A stretch of DNA of 57,537 bases from Candidatus Bathyarchaeota archaeon (lineage in GTDB: Archaea > Thermoproteota > Bathyarchaeia > Bathyarchaeales > Bathyarchaeaceae), in assembly GCA_020348945.1 (NCBI GenBank), contig CP070759.1, forward strand, positions 1,407,637 to 1,465,173, written 5' to 3'. A program made the translations under genes and the position numbers. Positions 48,486 to 57,311 of the stretch are shown in pieces. Under the pieces are notes generated by a model. The model was not told the origin of the DNA. It did no database searches and was given only the letters and a program-made list of their open reading frames with translations. Every line of letters begins with the position of its first letter. Position 1 is the stretch's first letter.

Positions 48486-50222
48486 ATGCAGTCCAGAGAC
48501 AAGTTCAAGATCATAAGCGAGATGGCGAGACGACGAGGCTTCTTCTGGCAATCCTATGAAATTTATGGTGGCGTAAGCGGTTTCATAACCCTTGGCCCCT
48601 TAGGCTCAACATTGAAAAGGAAGATTGAAGACAAGCTTCGAGACTTTTTCATCCGCAAACTCGGACTATTCGAAATCGAAACATCAGTGATTATGCCCGG
48701 GAAAGTGCTTGAAGCCTCGGGCCACGTGAAAGCCTTTCAGGAACCCATGGTGGAATGCAACAAGTGTACAAGAAAGTTTCGAGCCGACCATCTGCTTCTA
48801 GAGTTCGCAGGGATGAACGAGACGGACACTGAAAAACTTAGTTTGCAGAACTTGATGGGTGAAATCAACAAACGAGGGATTCATTGTCCCGAGTGTGGCG
48901 GAAACTTTGGTGAACCCAAACGCTTCTTAACCATGTTTGAAACCACTATTGGACCATATTCTGAAGCTGTTGGCTATGGTCGTCCTGAAGCGGCTCAGGG
49001 AATTTTCGTTGAATACAAACGCATCTACGAATGCGCGCGAAAAAAACTTCCGTTAGGGGTCGCCATTATCGGTCATGCCCTTAGAAACGAAATTTCACCG
49101 AGGCAGGGACCTATAAGATTAAGGGAATTCACAATTATGGACCTTGAATTTTTCTTTGATCCTGAGAAACCCCAGTGCACAATGTTGAAGGAAGTGGAGA
49201 ACGAAACTCTGAGGCTGCTACACGGAAAGATGGTGTTGAAGGGTGTAGAGGAACCCATTGAGGTCACGGTTAAGGAAGCTTTGAGTAAGAGGCTGATAGC
49301 GACTGAGTGGCAAGCATTTTTCATGGTGCTATCCAAGCGTTTTCTAACTGAACTAGGAGTGCCCGAAAACAAACAACGCTTCATCGAGAAGCAGGATTGG
49401 GAAAGAGCCCACTATTCCGTGCAGGGATACGACCAGCAAGTCTACCTAGACAGATGGGGCTGGGTGGAAGTTTCAGGACACAACTACCGAACGGATTACG
49501 ACCTAAAGTGTCACATGGAGTCCAGCGGCGTTGACATGACCGCGTTTAAAGAACACGAACAGCCTATCGAAAAAGAGGAGGTAACCGTTAAACCCATCAC
49601 GTCCAAAATTGGTCCAGCTTTCAAGGACGACACATCAAAAGTTGTCAAACTCCTCTCCACTCTAGACCCGAGAGAATTAGAAGTTTCCTTTAAGAAACAG
49701 GGCTTTCACATCGTTGAGTCCTTCAAAATCTTGCCACAACACGTTAAAATTGTCCATAAAAAAGTGAAAGAAAAAGGTAAACGGTTTATCCCACACGTGG
49801 TGGAGCCGAGTTTCGGTTTAGACCGACTTTTTTATGTGACTCTGGAATACGCCTACAAAACGAAGGAGGGTCGAACGCTGCTGAGCCTTCCGCGAGACCT
49901 TGCACCAGTGGAAATTGGTGTTTTTCCGTTAATGAGCAAAGACGGGTTGCCTGAGAAAGCGAGGCAAGTGTACCAACTGCTGATTAACTCGGGCTTCAAA
50001 GTGGAATACGACGAGTCGGGAGCAATTGGAAGGCGATACGCGCGAGCGGACGAAGTTGGCACCCCCCTCGGAGTTACAGTTGATTACAAAACGCTTGAAG
50101 ACGACACGGTGACCATACGAGACCGCAACACGTGGAGACAGGTAAGAAACAAAGTTCACAATCTTCCTGAACTGTTTCACGCCTACTTCAGCTACAAAAA
50201 AGAGTTCAAAGAGTTGAAATAA
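48486..50222 (+). CDS. glyS: glycine--tRNA ligase (archaeal/eukaryotic alpha2 type)
   Basis: RRGFFWQSYEIYGGVSGF, FRNEISPRQGPIRLREF, and C-terminal anticodon-binding GRRYARADEVGTP. Confidence 0.95.
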   Translation: MQSRDKFKIISEMARRRGFFWQSYEIYGGVSGFITLGPLGSTLKRKIEDKLRDFFIRKLGLFEIETSVIMPGKVLEASGHVKAFQEPMVECNKCTRKFRADHLLLEFAGMNETDTEKLSLQNLMGEINKRGIHCPECGGNFGEPKRFLTMFETTIGPYSEAVGYGRPEAAQGIFVEYKRIYECARKKLPLGVAIIGHALRNEISPRQGPIRLREFTIMDLEFFFDPEKPQCTMLKEVENETLRLLHGKMVLKGVEEPIEVTVKEALSKRLIATEWQAFFMVLSKRFLTELGVPENKQRFIEKQDWERAHYSVQGYDQQVYLDRWGWVEVSGHNYRTDYDLKCHMESSGVDMTAFKEHEQPIEKEEVTVKPITSKIGPAFKDDTSKVVKLLSTLDPRELEVSFKKQGFHIVESFKILPQHVKIVHKKVKEKGKRFIPHVVEPSFGLDRLFYVTLEYAYKTKEGRTLLSLPRDLAPVEIGVFPLMSKDGLPEKARQVYQLLINSGFKVEYDESGAIGRRYARADEVGTPLGVTVDYKTLEDDTVTIRDRNTWRQVRNKVHNLPELFHAYFSYKKEFKELK

Positions 50223-50314
50223 CCTATTAAGAATCAGCGTTTTTTCGCTATCCTTTTTAAGAGTGCCGCATGTAATATGTTAGATATCTGAAAGGACTTT
50301 CGAGAAGTGGAACA

Positions 50315-50974
50315 ATGGTTTTTCCAACGGAGACCGAGCAACGGGTGAAACGAAGAGCTCTCAGTGTTTGTCAAGAACACCTAAGAACGGTGTTGGCGAT
50401 CAGTCGCAAAGTTCCACAGATAGTGGACAGCTTCGTAAAGGAAGATAAAAAGACGGCTCATCAATTGTTCAGCGAGATCAAGGAGCTTGGGGACAGTGTG
50501 GACATGGCGAGACGCAAGGTTGCGCAGGAACTCGCTGAGATAGGAGCCATTTTGATTAGCCGCGAGGACTTCCTCCGCTTCACTAACCTAACAAGTGAGA
50601 TTGCAGACTTCTGTGAAGGCATAGCTTTTCGACTGTTAGAGATCTTGGAACGCAAATGGAAGGTAGCTCCCACCATCAAAAATGATCTACTGAAATTTTC
50701 GGAGGCGGTGTTTGACACGGTCTCAAAACTTCGAGAAACTGCGATGACTTTGAATTACGGTTCCATGAAGACTCTGGAGAAAGCTAGAGAAGTAGAGGTT
50801 GCTGAACGAATTGTGGATGACCTCTACCGGGAACTAGAGGTGAAAATCCTCAACAGCCAAGTGGAAATTCCAGCGCTTCTTCTCCTGAGAGACGTGATCG
50901 CGCTTATGGAAGATGCTGCGGACAAGGCTGAAGATGCCTCTGACGCCGCTCGTATATTGGCTTTTGGCATGTGA
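50315..50974 (+). CDS. DUF47 (PhoU-like) family protein
   Basis: All-helical 219 aa. The C-terminal VEVAERIVDDLYRELEVKIL...LRDVIALMEDAADKAEDASDAARILA matches the DUF47 pattern. Confidence 0.55.
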   Translation: MVFPTETEQRVKRRALSVCQEHLRTVLAISRKVPQIVDSFVKEDKKTAHQLFSEIKELGDSVDMARRKVAQELAEIGAILISREDFLRFTNLTSEIADFCEGIAFRLLEILERKWKVAPTIKNDLLKFSEAVFDTVSKLRETAMTLNYGSMKTLEKAREVEVAERIVDDLYRELEVKILNSQVEIPALLLLRDVIALMEDAADKAEDASDAARILAFGM

Positions 50975-50987
50975 AAGGGAAACATAA

Positions 50988-51545
50988 ATGCCCGAGAAGT
51001 TCGAAACCGAGTTCATTGAAAACTTTCTAGTTGTATGGGACCCAGCTAAAGGGTCGGAACTCTATAAACTCGGCTATTATGGTAAGCCCATGGGTATCCC
51101 CAAACCCAAGGCAGAAGACTTCAGTGTTCCCCTCATCCTTGACCTTATGGAAGGGCTTTACCTCGTCGAGAAGGGAATAATCACCGTGACAGAGGGACCT
51201 GAAAACACAAAAGTCAGCTTTTCCAAGCTGAGGAGAAGGGCGAAAAAACTGTACGAGGAATTTGACCTTAAATACGCGGTGTATCAAGACCTGCGTAATC
51301 AGGAACTCATCGTCACTCCAGGTATAAAGTACGGGTGTGACTTCGCCGTGTACAAGCACGGGCCAGGCGTTGACCATGCTCCTTACATGGTGTCAGTGAA
51401 GAAGACGAAGGACGAGATTACAGCCACTGAGATAGTGAAGGCTGGACGACTCGCTACAACCGTGAGAAAACGGTTCATACTAGCCATGCCCGACATAGAA
51501 ACGGAAAAGATACGATATTTAATCTTCAAGTGGTTTAAAGCGTAA
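50988..51545 (+). CDS. endA: tRNA-splicing endonuclease
   Basis: LYLVEKGII, YAVYQDLRNQELIVTPGIKYGCDFAVYKHGPGVDHAPYMVSV (catalytic domain pattern). 185 aa. Confidence 0.85.
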   Translation: MPEKFETEFIENFLVVWDPAKGSELYKLGYYGKPMGIPKPKAEDFSVPLILDLMEGLYLVEKGIITVTEGPENTKVSFSKLRRRAKKLYEEFDLKYAVYQDLRNQELIVTPGIKYGCDFAVYKHGPGVDHAPYMVSVKKTKDEITATEIVKAGRLATTVRKRFILAMPDIETEKIRYLIFKWFKA

Positions 51546-51552
51546 GATACAC

Positions 51553-52734
51553 TCATGTTTCTGGGTGGTTTTCAGCTTTAGTTTTAAGGTAATGCTCGAG
51601 TCTGTCTATTCCCTTAGAAATGTTTTCTATCGAGTTAGTGTAGGAAAACCTTATGTATCCTTCTGCGTTGCTTCCAAAATCGATTCCAGGAGTAGTTCCA
51701 ACACCTGCTTTTTCCAACAGCTCAAAGGAGAACTTCAGCGAATCATTGGTGAACCTTTTAGCGTTGGCGAAGACGTAGAACGCTCCAGTGGGTTCCACAG
51801 CTATGCTGAAGCCGATTTTTCTGAGGCTTTGAATCATCAGTTTCCGCCTCTTATCATAGATGTTGACCATGCGCTGAACGTCGGTGGCGGCTTCTTTCAG
51901 GGCGGCGATGCCAGCCCATTGGGTTATCGTATTTGCTGAGATGAAGAAGTTCTGCACTAGTTTTTGCAGGGGACGCACGTATTTTTTTGGAGCTATGACG
52001 TATCCGAGGCGCCACCCTGTCATGGCGAACTGCTTTGAAAACCCGCTGATCACAAATGCGTTTTTCGTGAACTCTAGGATTGAATGTTCTTTTCCCTCGA
52101 ACACAAGCCCATGGTATATTTCATCTGAAACCACGGCGGGACCAAGCGTAGCGATTCGGCTTAAAGCATCAGTGTCAAGGACTTGTCCAGTAGGGTTTCC
52201 CGGCGAGTTAATCATGATTGCCCTAGTTCTAGGATTGATTTTTTCCTTTATGTCATCTGGATTGTACTGGAAGCCGTCGTGTTCGCTGACCTTTACAAAC
52301 TTCGGGGTGCACCCCAAAAACGTGACGAAGTTAGGATAACATGGGTAATGGGGGTTCGAAATTATCACTTCGTCCCCTTCCTCAAGCAGAGCGGAAAACG
52401 CGCTGAATAGGCCAGGTGAAGACCCGTTCATAACAATAATTTGGTCAGGGGAAACGGAGACGCCGTACTTTTCAAGAAAGTGTTCAGCAATGGCTTCTCT
52501 CAACTCCAGAATTCCGAGGCTTGACGTATAACGGGTCTTTCCATCGCGTATCGCCTTCGTTGCAGCCTCCGTGATGCAGCTAGGAGTGGGAAAATCGGGT
52601 TCCCCCACTTCCAAGTGAATGATTGACCGTCCCTGACGCTCGAGTTCCCGAGATCGTTCCATCACTTCCATAGCGTAGAACGGCGGCATATCCATCACGG
52701 TCTTGCGCATTTTCAACCATCCTTCAATTCTCAA
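51553..52734 (-). CDS. class I/II PLP-dependent (aspartate-type) aminotransferase; start probably internal
   Basis: NPGNPTGQV and SGFSKQFAMTGWRLGY (PLP lysine). Confidence 0.85.
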   Translation of the reverse strand: MRIEGWLKMRKTVMDMPPFYAMEVMERSRELERQGRSIIHLEVGEPDFPTPSCITEAATKAIRDGKTRYTSSLGILELREAIAEHFLEKYGVSVSPDQIIVMNGSSPGLFSAFSALLEEGDEVIISNPHYPCYPNFVTFLGCTPKFVKVSEHDGFQYNPDDIKEKINPRTRAIMINSPGNPTGQVLDTDALSRIATLGPAVVSDEIYHGLVFEGKEHSILEFTKNAFVISGFSKQFAMTGWRLGYVIAPKKYVRPLQKLVQNFFISANTITQWAGIAALKEAATDVQRMVNIYDKRRKLMIQSLRKIGFSIAVEPTGAFYVFANAKRFTNDSLKFSFELLEKAGVGTTPGIDFGSNAEGYIRFSYTNSIENISKGIDRLEHYLKTKAENHPET

Positions 52735-52920
52735 ACTATCCTCTCATGGAACATCAAAACTCAACTTTAAACTTTTTCATCAAACTTGCCAAACTTTTGT
52801 AGACACCATAATTCGTTTGATGTTCAAAAAAGACGGCTTTGCCTATCTCTACTTCACAAACGGGAAAAACTATTGTTTCAACGTGGCGCACGCATTTTTT
52901 AGTTGGCACATGTGTAGGCT

Positions 52921-53433
52921 TTACATGTTTATTTCTTTGGATTTTTTGCCAGTTATGTAATTTATGTCGATTCTGCCCATTGTGAGATTACTTAGTTCTT
53001 TAGGGTCTAGACACTCAGGTAACAAGGTTTCAGGATTTTTATAGAGTTGTCTCACCATACACTTTATGGCCAAGCGTTTCTCGTCGAGTTTTTCTATGAA
53101 GGTTATGTTTCCAGAGAAATGAACCGAAGCGTAGAGATGATCGCATTTGCCTTCAAAGTAACCGTGGTCTAGTAGCGCTTGTCCCCATACTATGTTGTTC
53201 GATTTCAAGTAGTCAAGCTTCTTGCCTTTTCCAGCACAGTGGAAGTAAATGCAATTGCGTTTTTCATCGTAGCCATGACTAAGTGACACCAGATATGGTT
53301 TATTATCCATGGAAAGAGCGATGGTTACGTATTTTGTGGACTTCAATATCTTCTTGAGAATATTTGCGTCTGTTATCTTCAAATCTTTTCGTCTCAAATG
53401 ATATGCCATAATATCTGTTATTCTTGAAGACAA
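52921..53433 (-). CDS. pyridoxamine-5'-phosphate-oxidase-like FMN-binding family protein (likely start MAYHLRRKD at 53406)
   Basis: RRKDLKITDANILKKILKSTKYVTIALSMDNKPYLVSLSHGYDEKRNCIYFHCAGKGKKLDYLKSN fits the Pyridox_ox_2 pattern. Confidence 0.65.
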   Translation of the reverse strand: MSSRITDIMAYHLRRKDLKITDANILKKILKSTKYVTIALSMDNKPYLVSLSHGYDEKRNCIYFHCAGKGKKLDYLKSNNIVWGQALLDHGYFEGKCDHLYASVHFSGNITFIEKLDEKRLAIKCMVRQLYKNPETLLPECLDPKELSNLTMGRIDINYITGKKSKEINM

Positions 53434-53558
53434 ATATTAATCTTGCATTCCGCGAAATACCGAGCGTCCCATTTTTTTCTCGCATTACTTTTAAAATGCG
53501 GACGTACGTAGCTACTCGCAAAAGCCTTTAGAAGTGCATGCAACCATAATTTGTTTTA

Positions 53559-53960
53559 ATGAAAAGCAATTGCGTCCGTTGCGGCCAGAAGATCGAGGAA
53601 ACACGTTTCATATTTTACGAAGTGGATCAGCGAGATAAGAAATATGAATTCGGAATCTTTTGTGTCCACTGCACAACCGAACTTTTAGATGAATTGAAAG
53701 GCAAGGTTGAATGGTTCCACATAGAAAGAACTTGGAAAGGATACATTCATCCTGAAGCTAGGCTTGAATTAGAGAAAACTGGTTTCATTCATTCAAAGCG
53801 CAACCCTCAATACGTAGAGATAAACCCTGTTGGAAGAAAGCGTGAGGAAGTGAGGACAAGAGAAGCTTTAGACATTTTAAGAGTGAAATATGCTGGGGGC
53901 CTCATTTCAAAACAAGAATATCGAAAGCTATTGAAGAAGCTCAGCGAAGTGGACACATGA
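53559..53960 (+). CDS. zinc-ribbon protein with C-terminal SHOCT-like motif
   Basis: CVRCGQ...CVHC near the N-terminus. C-terminal ALDILRVKYAGGLISKQEYRKLLKKL. Confidence 0.5.
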   Translation: MKSNCVRCGQKIEETRFIFYEVDQRDKKYEFGIFCVHCTTELLDELKGKVEWFHIERTWKGYIHPEARLELEKTGFIHSKRNPQYVEINPVGRKREEVRTREALDILRVKYAGGLISKQEYRKLLKKLSEVDT

Positions 53961-54096
53961 GACCATAACGTTTGTTCACTGAGCTTGTAGAATGAACCTT
54001 ACCCACAATATTCGTTTTGCTTAACGTTTATTTGTTGCGCGCTAGGGTGTTTAGAAATTAATTATTTTGCTCTGTCGTATTATTAGGGAGAAGAAA

Positions 54097-54831
54097 TTAC
54101 ATAGGAAATTGCGAAAAAAGTAAAGTCATCGCAATTCCTGATCCATTAAGGACTAGGTGTATGATTACACCTGGCGTAGTGTTCTTGAGACGTTGGGCAA
54201 TGAAGGGAACAATCGGGGTGGTAACCAGCATAAATGGTACTGCCCACCATTTGTAGATGTGGAAAAACGCCCACAATATGCCGTGTAATAACCATGTGTA
54301 ATTTCCATGCCTTAATTCCTGGCGAGGCAAAATATATCCACGCCACCACAGCTCCTCGCCAAAAATGTTTAGAAGCAACACAACCAAAAGCAGAGAGATG
54401 TTTGTTGGTTGCCCAGATGGGTAAATCTCAGGAGGAACAAATTTTAAGAATTCATATACAGCAACAGCAAGGAACGTAGTTATTAATGCCAATAGAAGAT
54501 TTACAAAAATACTCGTCGTAGTCCACTTCCACTCTCTCCATCCCATTCCCTTCAGGCGATAGCGTTCTCTGAAGGACCGCCATCTCAACGGGTTGCCTTC
54601 TTTCCAATATGCGATGACAGCTGCAACTATCAACCCTATGAACAAAATGATGCTCGCATAATGGTATCCATACTCCGTGGACAGACCGATATTAACAAAA
54701 TAAGGCCAGATAAAATAATGACAAACAACCGCAGCCAAAGCCGGCACGCCAAACGCTATCAGCGACTGCCATAAAGGCATGGGCTTGAGCTTGGGCATTG
54801 ATTCACCAACTGCATATTCTATTGATCCCAT
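54097..54831 (-). CDS. CPBP-family (CAAX/Abi) intramembrane glutamic endopeptidase
   Basis: FGEELWWRGYI, HGILWAFFH and HLVLN motifs in the canonical order. Polytopic. Confidence 0.8.
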   Translation of the reverse strand: MGSIEYAVGESMPKLKPMPLWQSLIAFGVPALAAVVCHYFIWPYFVNIGLSTEYGYHYASIILFIGLIVAAVIAYWKEGNPLRWRSFRERYRLKGMGWREWKWTTTSIFVNLLLALITTFLAVAVYEFLKFVPPEIYPSGQPTNISLLLVVLLLNIFGEELWWRGYILPRQELRHGNYTWLLHGILWAFFHIYKWWAVPFMLVTTPIVPFIAQRLKNTTPGVIIHLVLNGSGIAMTLLFSQFPM

Positions 54832-54934
54832 ATTTTAGTATATATATCATACATGCATGCACTACCTCGGATTCCTTCTTAGAGGGCATTAAATAACCAT
54901 TCGCGCATGATACCATATGGGAGCATGTGGCAAT

Positions 54935-55228
54935 ATGGCAACGAAAGTTAATACCTGCATTTACCTTGACAGGAAAGTCTTGGAAACCGCCAAGCGGGTG
55001 GGCCTGAACGTGTCGAGGGTCTCCGAGAACGCGCTCGTTGAAGCGATAGGGCGCCTGAGGGGGATGGAAGCTGAGACCGGCCTCAAGAGCCGTCCGCGCG
55101 TTGAGGGCCGGGGCCGGGATTCGAACCCGGGAGGCAGGCTCCACAGGCCTGTAGACTACCAGGCTACCTGCTCTATACACACCTTTTTTTGTGAGGTGTT
55201 TTTGAAGAGTCTCTCAACATTATACTAA
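54935..55228 (+). CDS. RHH/CcdA-like antitoxin-type small DNA-binding protein whose 3' half reads antisense through a tRNA fragment (probably corrupted C-terminus)
   Basis: MATKVNTCIYLDRKVLETAKRVGLNVSRVSENALVEAIGRLRG has the CcdA/RHH N-terminal pattern. The remaining ~50 aa (…GRGRDSNPGGRLHRPVDYQ…) is a translation of the tRNA antisense strand. Confidence 0.4.
   Translation: MATKVNTCIYLDRKVLETAKRVGLNVSRVSENALVEAIGRLRGMEAETGLKSRPRVEGRGRDSNPGGRLHRPVDYQATCSIHTFFCEVFLKSLSTLY
55106..55169 (-). pseudogene. tRNA-His(GUG) fragment covering positions ~10-73; 5' acceptor strand absent
   Basis: Minus strand: AGGT-AGCCTGGTA-GTCT A CAGGC-CTGTGGA-GCCTG CCTC CCGGG-TTCGAAT-CCCGG CCCCGGC C. The upstream GTATAGAGC cannot pair with CCCCGGC, and no G[CT][CT]GGGG occurs in the next ~230 nt. 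Confidence 0.6.
55179..55203 (+). terminator. hairpin ACACCT/AGGTGT flanked by T7 and T5 runs
   Basis: acacctTTTTTTgtgaggtgtTTTT. Oligo-T tracts act as archaeal terminators. Confidence 0.3.
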
Positions 55229-55293
55229 CATAGCAAATACCTCAAATGCCTTTGCGCGCATTTATCCAGTACTTAACGAAAATAATGTCTTGA

Positions 55294-55818
55294 TTATCTG
55301 ATGAATTCATCCTGAGCTTGGCAGTAATTTATGTGAAAAATAGTTTTTGCAATTACTTGTGGACTTGAATTATGTTCTAAAGCCCATGGCATTCTTAAAG
55401 CTTCGATTCGAACCTCATGGGAGAAAGCCATGTAGCAAATATTTCTAGAAAAGTCAATTCCATAATCCGCCTCCTCCATGTTAGTCTTGTGGAAAGAGGC
55501 GAGTGTTCTCACAATGCTTCCCATGTTTAGCCCCAGTTTGGAATACTTGTAACGAAGCATTGCCTCTATGGCGCTAAGGTCACTCCAGTTGGCGTTATGG
55601 ATTGTTATCATATGGTCTTTCATGGTTTCATCAAACAAGAAAACCAGTATCAAGCGATAGGGATTGCGGAATTGCAAGGCTTCGACTTGGCATGGCCGCT
55701 TGAGAACTTGCTCCTTGATGTAGTCCCCAAAGAATTCCCTTTCTTCTTCTGTCAAATTTTCTGCTTCCTCTCGATAGGCATTGACAAACGCCAAAATCCA
55801 TTCTCTCAGCCTAAGCAT
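55294..55818 (-). CDS. hypothetical protein (174 aa), no recognisable family
   Basis: ORF located 73 nt downstream of, and co-directional with, the wHTH gene. Confidence 0.5.
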   Translation of the reverse strand: MLRLREWILAFVNAYREEAENLTEEEREFFGDYIKEQVLKRPCQVEALQFRNPYRLILVFLFDETMKDHMITIHNANWSDLSAIEAMLRYKYSKLGLNMGSIVRTLASFHKTNMEEADYGIDFSRNICYMAFSHEVRIEALRMPWALEHNSSPQVIAKTIFHINYCQAQDEFIR

Positions 55819-55891
55819 AATTTAACCCTCCAACAACACGTTTCGGTATGCGTGCTCATTAAAGAAATATAGTGCTCCATAAGCTTGAAGG

Positions 55892-56548
55892 TCATGTTTC
55901 CTTGACATTTAATTTCACCGCTAATTCTTTGAGAGCTTGATTAATGTCGTATGTCTCTTTCCTTTTGGGTCGGATTTTCTCTACTATCCAAATGACCTCA
56001 TCTACACTGTTGTTGAAAGGTAGTTCGTATTCGGGTTCTGAGAGGAGTAATTCAAAGATTGCCTTTGCTGTTTGGCCGAAGCTTGTATGCCAAAACTGAA
56101 AGTAGAAATCAATTGCTTCTTCTTTCGATTTCGCTCGTCTATGCACCGCAAGGGCTGCTTCAAAACATGAAAGGTGATCCGCCAACAAATTGAGAGCTAT
56201 GAACCAAAAAATCTTCTTGAATTCCTCTTGTCGTCTCATCTCGTCGAGACCCTTGATGTCATCTAATAGTCTCTTGAAATCGGACAACTTTTCTTCAATA
56301 GGCAACAGAACAAAATCTAAGGCTTGACCAATTTTTGTGCCGCTTAGCTGATATATTGTCGATGGGGGTCTTTTCGAAATGTCTGCTTCAGTTTCAACAA
56401 TTCCACATTTGATCATTTTGGTCAAAAATGTGGAAAGAGCGCCCTTGCTGATACCTGTCTCCTCCAACAACTCTGACCAAGTTAATCTTTTTTTGTTCGA
56501 CAATGCCATCAAAACTTCTTTCTTGACATTTATCTTTCGTCGTGGCAT
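55892..56548 (-). CDS. winged-helix DNA-binding protein with a helical C-terminal domain
   Basis: EVLMALSNKKRLTWSELLEETGISKGALSTFLTKMIKCGIVETE..STIYQLS is a wHTH (ArsR/MarR-like). The C-terminal 130 aa is unassigned. Confidence 0.6.
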   Translation of the reverse strand: MPRRKINVKKEVLMALSNKKRLTWSELLEETGISKGALSTFLTKMIKCGIVETEADISKRPPSTIYQLSGTKIGQALDFVLLPIEEKLSDFKRLLDDIKGLDEMRRQEEFKKIFWFIALNLLADHLSCFEAALAVHRRAKSKEEAIDFYFQFWHTSFGQTAKAIFELLLSEPEYELPFNNSVDEVIWIVEKIRPKRKETYDINQALKELAVKLNVKET

Positions 56549-56902
56549 TACTTATTCACTGAACTTAGTTCATAAGATAAAAACTTTAAAAAACTTTCCC
56601 TCCTGAATAGAAACTGAGAGATCTTGAGAAGCCCTAAGATAGATATTCGAAAACTGAAGAATTTTGCTTATTGTGGTGTCCCAAGAAGCTGGCCGCTTTA
56701 CCAAGTCATATTGCTTGAAGAAGACATGATGGACATTAAGGTTTTCCTTTCGAGACTGTCACTTTGGCTGAAATTAATAAGGGCACAAGACATTAGGAGT
56801 GGATGAAACCTTCACTTTTTCAAGTTTACGCAACACTCTTAAGGTCGGTATGATGTTGCCAGCCTTGCAGTTTCACACTCAAGTAGCTATGATCTCCGCA
56901 AT

Positions 56903-57247
56903 TTGCCTAAACATCCAATCCATCCAAACATTCGATTGGATCTAATTTGTGCACTCTTCCGGCTAATTGATGGTTGTGATCTAATGCCATCTAGAACTAA
57001 TAAAGCGCTCTATGAGATTCTGATGCAATATGATCCGATGAGCGAAAGAAACCAGAAGTTTTGGAAAGCACATTTTAGTATAAAGGGAGTCGTTTTCAAA
57101 AACGATCAGATAATTGTCTCTTACAGAAACCCATCGTCTGCTAAGGTATTAATCGATCACCTAAAAAAAGACCTCGTGCCCATCAACGAAGTTCTCCTAC
57201 GACATGGCTTCCCAGAATTCTCGATTTCTGGCAAAAAGGTAAAATAA
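56903..57247 (+). CDS. hypothetical ORF with TTG start and no SD; possibly the 3' remnant of a stop-interrupted gene beginning at 56624
   Basis: Same reading frame as ORF 56624-56806, separated by TGA (56804) and TAA (56840). Confidence 0.3.
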   Translation: MPKHPIHPNIRLDLICALFRLIDGCDLMPSRTNKALYEILMQYDPMSERNQKFWKAHFSIKGVVFKNDQIIVSYRNPSSAKVLIDHLKKDLVPINEVLLRHGFPEFSISGKKVK

Positions 57248-57311
57248 GAAAAGTATTCGCGCGCGCAGCTCAAACTCCTCTTCGTATGCGCGTAGGCTGT
57301 CTTTTCAGACC

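Noticed and set aside
55106-55300. Intact or intron-containing tRNA-His, or an SSV-type split integrase reading through the att site
   Set aside because: No 5' acceptor strand occurs within ~230 nt upstream. The ORF crossing the fragment has an RHH/CcdA-like N-terminus rather than an integrase-like one, and it terminates 60 nt past the fragment. I saw no tyrosine-recombinase motifs in any frame between 55.2 and 57.5 kb.
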